Source: Podarcis muralis | Lineage: Eukaryota | Length of the DNA: 64,000 nucleotides | Direction: 5' to 3' | Assembly: GCF_964188315.1 (NCBI RefSeq) | Contig: NC_135658.1 | Span: 3,658,001 to 3,722,000 of the forward strand | In this document: positions 58,401 through 64,000 of the stretch, one piece after another | Layout: each line of letters starts with the position of its first letter | Numbering within the stretch: position 1 is the first letter of the stretch | Program-made: the position numbers and the translations under genes | The notes under the pieces: model-generated | Databases searched by the model: none | Seen by the model: only the letters and a program-made list of their open reading frames with translations | What the model was told of the DNA's origin: nothing

Positions 58401-59069
58401 GCGGCCAAAGAGGAGCAACAGCGGCAAATGGCAATAAAACGGCAAATGGTAATAATAACATTTCTTTTCCTGTTGGCTTTATACCCCACCCTTTACTTAT
58501 TTTTTATTAGCTTTATTGCATTTTTTAAAACTACAGAGAAAGCATGAACTAAACATTACACCCAAATAAGAAAAAATAATAAGAAAAATACAGAAAAAGA
58601 AAAACGGGGGGAAATAATAAATGAAAAAGAATTAGTCAAGTATTGTTCTGTATTCATTTATTAAAATCAGGGTTTCCCCCCCCCCCCATTATACCTGTGT
58701 GATTAAGCACAGCCAAAGTATTGTTTTTGGAACCGTATTTTGCCGGGTAGTTTTTTTAAAGCAATCCCATTCGTGTTTTTTTACCTTGTCGCCTGAGTGA
58801 TCTCTTCTTAGTTCTGTCATTTTATCATGCCCTTTACTCAAAGACCCCAGAGAGAGAGAGAGAGAGTAATGGAAAACCCCCCCCCCCATCTCTTTCTCTC
58901 CTTTTATGGCGGGAATACTGGCCTTGGGTCGGGGCTCACAGTTCCTGGCCCTTCCGCCCCCCCCCCCACTTCTCCATACAAGGGGGGTTGGGGGGGGTAA
59001 AGGGGGCACAAAAAGTCTTTCCTCCCCTCACACACCCCTCCCCTCCTCACCTCTCTTGACCACGTGCAT
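40208..59069 (-). CDS. RRM1: Ribonucleoside-diphosphate reductase large subunit, 19 exons, 790 aa
   Basis: All 19 exons found with GT-AG; sizes 19,89,178,101,60,40,163,142,84,162,80,202,150,222,77,136,96,189,183; ATP cone, SCFLL, SNLCTE, AVCNL, MYYLR, terminal CLMCGS. Confidence 0.98.
40398..40648. other. Assembly gap (251 N) in RRM1 intron 18
   Basis: Run of N. Confidence 1.
41161..41349 (-). CDS. RRM1: RRM1 exon 18
   Basis: [18 protein letters not shown]...FYGWKQ. Confidence 0.97.
41595..41862 (-). mobile_element. CR1 3' fragment
   Basis: ggtccatttagtccagcatcct...ttttaaagccatcca. Confidence 0.6.
42179..42274 (-). CDS. RRM1: RRM1 exon 17
   Basis: [32 protein letters not shown]. Confidence 0.97.
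42686..43091 (+). mobile_element. Solo LTR (406 bp) in RRM1 intron 16, with an acidic/basic U3 reading frame
   Basis: TGTCA...TCACA, exact 5-bp TSD ctatg, AATAAA 43021. Confidence 0.85.
43100..43487 (+). mobile_element. L2 3' fragment
   Basis: Colinear with 38600-38996; (ATT)n tail. Confidence 0.85.
44068..44203 (-). CDS. RRM1: RRM1 exon 16
   Basis: [17 protein letters not shown]...SGEFQ. Confidence 0.97.
44739..44815 (-). CDS. RRM1: RRM1 exon 15
   Basis: [26 protein letters not shown]. Confidence 0.97.
45730..46060. mobile_element. hAT MITE
   Basis: 15-bp perfect TIR caggggtctgcaacc; exact 8-bp TSD ctcaatac. Confidence 0.92.
46106..46327 (-). CDS. RRM1: RRM1 exon 14
   Basis: [21 protein letters not shown]...PVSKG. 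Confidence 0.97.
46676..46825 (-). CDS. RRM1: RRM1 exon 13
   Basis: VAVCNLASL...INYYPVPE. Confidence 0.97.
47450..47720 (-). mobile_element. L2-type 3' fragment
   Basis: Similar to 8432-8765. Confidence 0.55.
47896..48097 (-). CDS. RRM1: RRM1 exon 12
   Basis: YEKQGRV...[17 protein letters not shown]. Confidence 0.97.
48749..48828 (-). CDS. RRM1: RRM1 exon 11
   Basis: [26 protein letters not shown]. Confidence 0.97.
49574..49735 (-). CDS. RRM1: RRM1 exon 10
   Basis: [13 protein letters not shown]...VETNQ. Confidence 0.97.
50367..50483. mobile_element. 117-bp hAT MITE
   Basis: 22-bp TIR with 1 mismatch; exact 8-bp TSD ttttacac. Confidence 0.9.
51086..51169 (-). CDS. RRM1: RRM1 exon 9
   Basis: [28 protein letters not shown]. 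Confidence 0.97.
51387..51528 (-). CDS. RRM1: RRM1 exon 8
   Basis: [13 protein letters not shown]...SYIAG. Confidence 0.97.
52025..52187 (-). CDS. RRM1: RRM1 exon 7
   Basis: [10 protein letters not shown]...[10 protein letters not shown]. Confidence 0.97.
52520..52720 (+). mobile_element. tRNA-derived SINE
   Basis: ggggctgtggctcagtggtagag A box, ggttaaatccc B box, ttcctatg end. Confidence 0.7.
53126..53165 (-). CDS. RRM1: RRM1 exon 6
   Basis: [13 protein letters not shown]; AAG acceptor. Confidence 0.95.
53716..53855. mobile_element. Old hAT-type MITE
   Basis: gggactacaattccca / tggggattgtagtcc internal inverted repeat, related to 50367-50483. Confidence 0.5.
54264..54323 (-). CDS. RRM1: RRM1 exon 5
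   Basis: [20 protein letters not shown]. Confidence 0.97.
55038..55138 (-). CDS. RRM1: RRM1 exon 4
   Basis: [20 protein letters not shown]...LANKD. Confidence 0.97.
55451..56207 (+). mobile_element. Solo LTR (757 bp) in RRM1 intron 3, with a 209-codon open U3 frame
   Basis: TGTCAG...CTGACA, exact 5-bp TSD gttgc, AATAAA 56134. Confidence 0.9.
55452..56081 (+). CDS. LTR-internal open frame, acidic Ser/Glu-rich with a basic C-terminal cluster; function unknown
   Basis: No stop 55452-56078; internal ATG 55596 in cccATGg context gives 161 aa. Confidence 0.45.
   Translation, partial: VRGSGAEAQEREEIESEGEESEGNVSDDSGPRSLSLSSESEDSQKGAPMVRARGVPRGTPQEEGARGDSESSSWKSGPASPPERSRGEESQVSGSGGSPPAGGEESGLATPPSESEETVKRKVGGWARAPSSNVQEGGAVGSPDREPGPKARRKEGEESGGSASEESRKEETPGGRRTQRRKERRKRWSKVRVLSWCTGGGDSDGASPV
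56256..56433 (-). CDS. RRM1: RRM1 exon 3
   Basis: [10 protein letters not shown]...KETKKVFS. Confidence 0.97.
56809..57066. mobile_element. Tc2/pogo-like MITE
   Basis: TA-ccgcattttt ... aaaaaatatgg-TA; related to 7725-8410. Confidence 0.8.
57445..57533 (-). CDS. RRM1: RRM1 exon 2
   Basis: [30 protein letters not shown]. Confidence 0.97.
58050..58240 (+). mobile_element. tRNA-derived SINE
   Basis: ccagggttcgaatccc B box; same family as 4655-5245. Confidence 0.55.
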
Positions 59070-59460
59070 GGCGGCGGCCTCCTTCTCCTCCTCTCCCTTC
59101 TTCTTCCCTTCTTTCTCCTCAGGCGACCGACCTTCCGTCCTGGGGAACCGCGCGCGGGATGAGGGGGGTGGGACGCGTCAGCGGCGCCGGCAAAACGGCT
59201 CCTTCCCGCCAAGCGACGCTGGCCCCGCCGCGCCGCCGTAGCCACGCCCACGCCAGGACGCCGACGGAGCCATCTTGGAAGCTGGCACAGGTTTTCCCAC
59301 TGCGCAGCGGCTGGGCCTGGGAAAGCGGAGGCGATGGGAGGCCCAGCCCTCCTTGCCCGGGACAAAGATGGCAGCGGCGGCGGCCTTTTCCCGCCTCTCT
59401 CTCTCTCTCAGGGGAGTCCAAGAGCGCGAAGAAACCTCACGGGAAAAGCGCCCTATTTTT
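58900..59460 (-). promoter_or_regulatory. RRM1 CpG-island promoter
   Basis: CpG-dense; E2F-type ttcccgcc 59203 and ttttcccgcc 59386; YY1-type gccatctt 59269 and aagatggc 59365; GC boxes; no TATA. Confidence 0.8.
59051..59069 (-). CDS. RRM1: RRM1 exon 1 coding part
   Basis: gccgccATG, MHVVKR, donor GTGAGG. Confidence 0.95.
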
Positions 59461-59948
59461 TACTTCTCAATAGAAATTATTATACACAGCTGGATTGTAA
59501 ATACATACATAAATATAAAAAACTCAAAGTGGTTTACCAATTTTTTTTTTAATAAATGTATTTCATTTCACGAATTTTTAAGTTCTATGAAGTGGGGCTG
59601 TGGATCTTGCAGTGTGATTCTTTTTTTAATGTAGAACAGTATGAAAGTGGAATATTATTAATACAGTTCTCCAGCAGCACCCAGTCCTGCAGGAAGCCCT
59701 CTCCACCATGAGGACTAGGACCTTGAGATTCACTCCCAGGGGGAAGAATGGCTGCTTGGCATGTGGGAATCCCCAGGGCAAAGGGCATCTCCAGGAAGGA
59801 CTAGGAAGCCGCTCCCTGCCTTCAATAAGACTCATTTTCCCCACTTCTTCCATAAAACAACGTCCATTTATATATCGTAAAAGGAAAAAGAATTTTAAAA
59901 AGCCAACTCTCAAGACAGTTTAAAAAATGATAAACTGATCAAATCAGC

Positions 59949-60259
59949 CCTTGCCGATCAGAAGGTTGGCGGTTTGAATCCCCGTTATGGAGTGAGCTCC
60001 CGTTGCTCGGTCCCTGCTCCTGCCAACCTAGCAGTTCAAAAGCATGTCAAAGTGCAAGTAGATAAATAGGTACCACTCTGGCGGGAAGGCAAACGGCGTT
60101 TCCGTGCGCTGCTCTGGTTTGCCAGAAGTGGCTTAGTCCTGCTGGCCACATGACCCGGAAGCTGTACGCCGGCTCCCTCGGCCAATAAAGCAAGATGAGC
60201 GCCACAACCCCAGAGTCTGTCATGACTGGACCTAATGGTCAGGGGTCCCTTTACCTTTT
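59949..60259 (+). mobile_element. 5'-truncated Sauria SINE
   Basis: Body and ACCTTT tail. Confidence 0.88.
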
Positions 60260-60394
60260 AGAATGCAACAGTAACCATTTCCTGTAACTATCCAATCACT
60301 GAACGTCACTTTCAATCCCTTATTTGCATTTGTGGACCTGAACTATCTACAGTATCCCCCTGCTGGCCCAGGGTGAGAACTTCAGTACATAACA

Positions 60395-61266
60395 GACCAT
60401 AACATCCTTCTGGACCGTCTTGAGGGGCTGGGAGCTGGGGGCACTGTCATACAGTGGTTCCGCTCCTTTCTCCTGGGCCGTGTTCAGAAAGTGGTGGGGG
60501 GGGATGAGTGTTCAGACCCCTGGGCTCTCACTTGTGGGGTGCCTCAGGGTTCTGTCCTCTCCACCATGCTTTTCAACATCTACATGAAGACACTGGGCTG
60601 GGTGTTTATCAGTATGCGGATGATACCCAGCTCTACCTCTCTTTCAAATCAGAACCAGTGAAGGCAGTGAAGATCCTGTGTGAGTGTCTGGAGGCGGTTG
60701 GAGGATGGATGGCAACTAATGGATTGAGGTTGAATCCTGACAAGACAGAAGTACTGTTTTTGGGGGACAGGGGGCGGGCAGGTTTGGAGGATTCCCTGGT
60801 CCTGAATGGGGTAACTGTGCCCCTGAAGGACCAGGTGCACAGCCTGGGAGTCATTTTGGACTCACCACTGTCCATGGAGGCACAGGTCAATTCTGTGTCC
60901 AGGGCAGCTGTCTACCAGCTCCATCTGGTACGCAGGATGAGACCCTTCCTGCCCGCAGACTGTCTTGCCAGAGTGGTGCATGCTCTAGTTATCTCACGCT
61001 TGGACTGCTGCAATGCGCTCTATGTGGGGCTACCTTTGAAGGTGACTTGGAAACTGCAACTAATCCAGAATGCAGCAGCCAGATTGGTGACTGGGAGCGG
61101 CTGCCGAGACCATATAACACCGGTCTTGAAAGACCTGCATTGGCTCCCAGTACGTTTCCGAGCACAATTCAAAGTGTTGGTGCTGACCTTGAAAGCCCTA
61201 AACGGCCTCGGTCCACTATACCTGAAGGAGCGCCTCCACCTCCATTGTTCTGCCCGGACACTGAGG
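60395..61266 (+). mobile_element. L2 RT fragment, 3' end deleted
   Basis: Close paralog of 37781-38996, with a small internal deletion near 60595. Confidence 0.9.
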
Positions 61267-61425
61267 ACCTCAGGTTAAGAACTTTGCTTCAGGATGAGAA
61301 CAGAAATCATGCTCCGGCGGCAGCGGGAGGCCCCATTAGCTAAAGTGGTGCTTCAGGTTAAGAACAGTTTCAGGTTAAGAACAGACCTCCAAAACGAATT
61401 AAGTGCTTCACCCGAGGTACAACTG
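61267..61425. mobile_element. Half Tigger-like MITE (T1) fused to L2
   Basis: Colinear with 36019-36175. Confidence 0.8.
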
Positions 61426-61529
61426 TGAGAACAGGACGCTGGGCTCGTCGGGCCATGGGTTCTGGTCACCTCAACTCAAAATGGATATTGTAGGGTTGGG
61501 AAAGATTCCGAAAAGGCAAAGCAAAATGA

Positions 61530-61800
61530 TCCAGGGATGGGACTTTTTACTTTAGAGAAAAAGCAGATAAGGAGCGGCATGGCAGAGGTTTATGAAAGGA
61601 TGGATGGCTTTGATAAAGCGGGCAGAGGAAATTTTGTCTCTCCTGACGCTAGAACTTGTGGACCTCCCATCAAGTTGAATGCTCTTGTGCTCGGATCCTG
61701 AGTGCGGATTTGGCCCCAAGAGGCACCTGGTTGGCCCCTACGAGAGCAGGAGGCTGGACCACATAGGCCCCGCTTGGGCCTGATCCAGGCAAGCTCTTCT
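61530..61800 (+). mobile_element. CR1-type fragments
   Basis: Degenerate CR1 ORF2 end and tail. Confidence 0.45.
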
Positions 61801-62319
61801 TCCTCAAGCCATGACTGCTAAAAAGAGATACAGAGTCAGTGCGCTTTGGGGTGTGGATGGGAAAGGACGGTATCACAACCGGACTGATGAGAAAATGCTG
61901 GATTCCTTTTTCTTTCTTTTTTTTATAAAGCAAGCAGTTGTTGCCGCCCTGGGCTGTCTTTGGGCGGGATGCAAACTTAATAAACAAGTCCATAGAAAGC
62001 TTGTTTTCCTGCATTCCATGCGCTCATGCACTGATACAGAGACATGAAAGAGGCCCTTTGAACTGCATCTCCTGCCGCTGCCAGAATCCGTTCCGCGGCT
62101 GCCATGGCCGGCTTTCATCGGCAGAGGATGCTGTTTCACAATCGCGCCACTTTCACATCCCGTATCTCAGATCCTACCAGCAAAAGACCAAACTCCGAAC
62201 ACAAAGCAGCCGTCTCAAGGCATTTTACGCAAAGCACTTGCGCTCTGGGTTATTTAATTAATCAGTCAGAATATCTATGAGCTTCACTTTAAAGGAAGAT
62301 GGCAAGGTGAAGGAAGCTG

Positions 62320-62700
62320 AATGCTGGAAGATTCAGGACATGCAGCACAGAGTTAGACTGTGGAACTCCCTGCCACTTGGATGGCTTTGAAAGGGGATTG
62401 GGCAAATTCAGGGAGAAGGAAGGGGCTCTCGAGGGCTACTCCATCCATAGTCCTTTCCTACTCCATGAATTTGCCTAATCCTGCTTTAAAGCCATCTATG
62501 TTTTCGACGACCCCTGTCTCTTGTGGGAGTGAGTTCCATAGTCTAACTCTGAGCTGCATGAAGGAGGGTTTTATTTTATTTTTTCCTTTCCCAAATCTTC
62601 CTGTGCTCCGCTTCATTGGGTGCCCACAGGTTCTAGCATTAGGAGAGGGAAGAAAACTTTTCTCTATGCATGTTCTGCAGGCTGAGCATAAGTTTAATAA
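62320..62700. mobile_element. CR1 fragments in both orientations
   Basis: agactgtggaactccctgcc on +; gagttccatagtctaact on -. Confidence 0.45.
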
Positions 62701-62849
62701 TCCAGCAGGGGGTGGGGCTAGGCAGGGCCTTTTTGACTGGCTCCAGGCGGGTCTCCGTCTAATTGGCAGGTGGGGCCCTGAGTCACCAGGCAGGTGGAGA
62801 TGGGAACGCCAGGCGGAGGGACTGCGCCCAGGTGAGAAGCTCCCTGGGG

Positions 62850-63365
62850 AAATAAAATAATAATAATAATTTATTATTTATACCCCGCCCATCTGGTTGG
62901 GTCTCCCCAGCCACTCTGGGCAGCTTCCAACAGAACACTAAAATACAATAACCTATTTAACCACAGAGCCTAGGGCTTGCCGATCAGAAGGTCGGCGGTT
63001 CGAATACCCATGACAGGGTGAGCTCCCATTGCTCGGTCCCTGCTCCTGCCAACCTAGCAGTTCGAAAGCACGTCAAGTGCAAGTAGATCAATAGGTACCG
63101 CTCCGGCGGGAAGGTAAATGGCATTTCCGTGCACTGCTCTGGTTCGCCAGAAGCGGCTTAGTCATGCTGGCCACATGACCCGGAAGCTGTACGCCGGCTC
63201 CCTCGGCTAGTAAAGCGAGATGAGCACCGCAACCCCAGAGTTGTCCGCAACAGGACCTAATGGTCAGGGGTCCCTTTACCTTTTTAAACAGGGCTGCCTT
63301 CAGATGTCTTCTAAAAGTCTGGCAGTTGTTTTTCTCTTTGACATCTGGTGGGAGGGTGTTCCAAA
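62850..63365 (-). mobile_element. L2 3' fragment split by a Sauria SINE
   Basis: Colinear with 34200-34430. Confidence 0.8.
62957..63283 (+). mobile_element. 5'-truncated Sauria SINE
   Basis: Body and ACCTTT tail. Confidence 0.88.
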
Positions 63366-64000
63366 GACGCAGAAGGCTCCCTCCCTCCATCCCAGGCAGG
63401 CAGCCTCCCAGAGAAGGGCGCGGGCACAGGCAGGAAGCCTTTCCACACAAAACAGAGAAGACCCCCGCCCCATTTCAGCTCATGGGCGGAGTGGGCGAGA
63501 GTCTCTCTCCCTCCCCACTTCTCTCGGGAGGGAAGGGCCGATGGAACTCCTCGCGCCAAGATGACAGCAGCCCCGACGTGCTGCTTAGCATCCCCTCCAA
63601 CCAGTGCAGCATCTTAATGTAGTGATTTCCCCCTCTGCATCCCTTTCCTAACTCTATTTTTATAAATCATTTGTCCATCCATTTTTACTACAAGTTTTCT
63701 GTCAATCCTACCAATGTATGGATCTCTTTACAATAGTTTTTCAACTAAATTATAAACCTTCCCCATTCTTTATTAAAGAGGTCCTCTTCCTGGTTTCTAA
63801 TTCTGCCTGTAAGCTTTGCCATCTCGACTTTATTCATCAGTTTTGTCTGCCCCTCTTCTTTGGTGGGAGTTGTAGACCCTTAGGATCATCTAGCCCAACC
63901 CCCTGCAAAACACAGTCAGTGGCAGCCAAAGCAGCCTGGCTCCATCAGTGCCAGATTTCTGTATAAACTAAGCCAAAATCCCTTATTTTGGCTGCTGATC

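Noticed and set aside
59368-59634. Divergent gene starting MAAAAAFSR
   Set aside because: The ATG lies in a YY1-type motif, the frame decays into AT-rich sequence, and there is no convincing donor or recognisable protein.
62654-62662. Exact AAACTTTTC J-element motif
   Set aside because: Lies within a CR1 remnant on the far side of RRM1, with no homeodomain/O-E cluster.
61800-64000. STIM1 3' end, expected from mammalian synteny
   Set aside because: No STIM1 coding exon recognised; UTR identity cannot be supported from sequence alone.

Overview
Squamate genomic DNA, probably a lacertid lizard (inferred from Sauria SINEs, BovB-type RTE and an L2/CR1/L1 mix), with one 251-N gap at 40398-40648. 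Host genes: three intact single-exon class I olfactory receptors on + (15456-16451, 21589-22566, 34669-35670), recognised as Olfr544/545 (OR55, group beta)-like. They lie tail-to-tail with a complete 19-exon RRM1 on - (40208-59069, 790 aa, canonical GT-AG junctions). A processed LSM5 pseudogene with a 12-bp TSD sits 17 nt before the splice acceptor of OR2. A very young Mag-type Ty3/Gypsy element (23722-28672) has identical 369-bp LTRs, a 5-bp TSD and one homopolymer frameshift. It is nested in an L2 fragment that is itself inside a hAT MITE. Five solo LTRs are present. Two of them, in RRM1 introns, carry a long acidic/basic reading frame running through U3 in the same phase relative to the TG terminus; this is the most unusual signal in the window. 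Other candidates are Lhx2/EBF-type promoters and non-coding first exons for each OR, a J-element-like enhancer, an OR2/OR3 gene-conversion tract, NPxxY-to-HPxxY changes, and a symmetric head-to-head L1 junction. TE family names are from recognition, not a database search.
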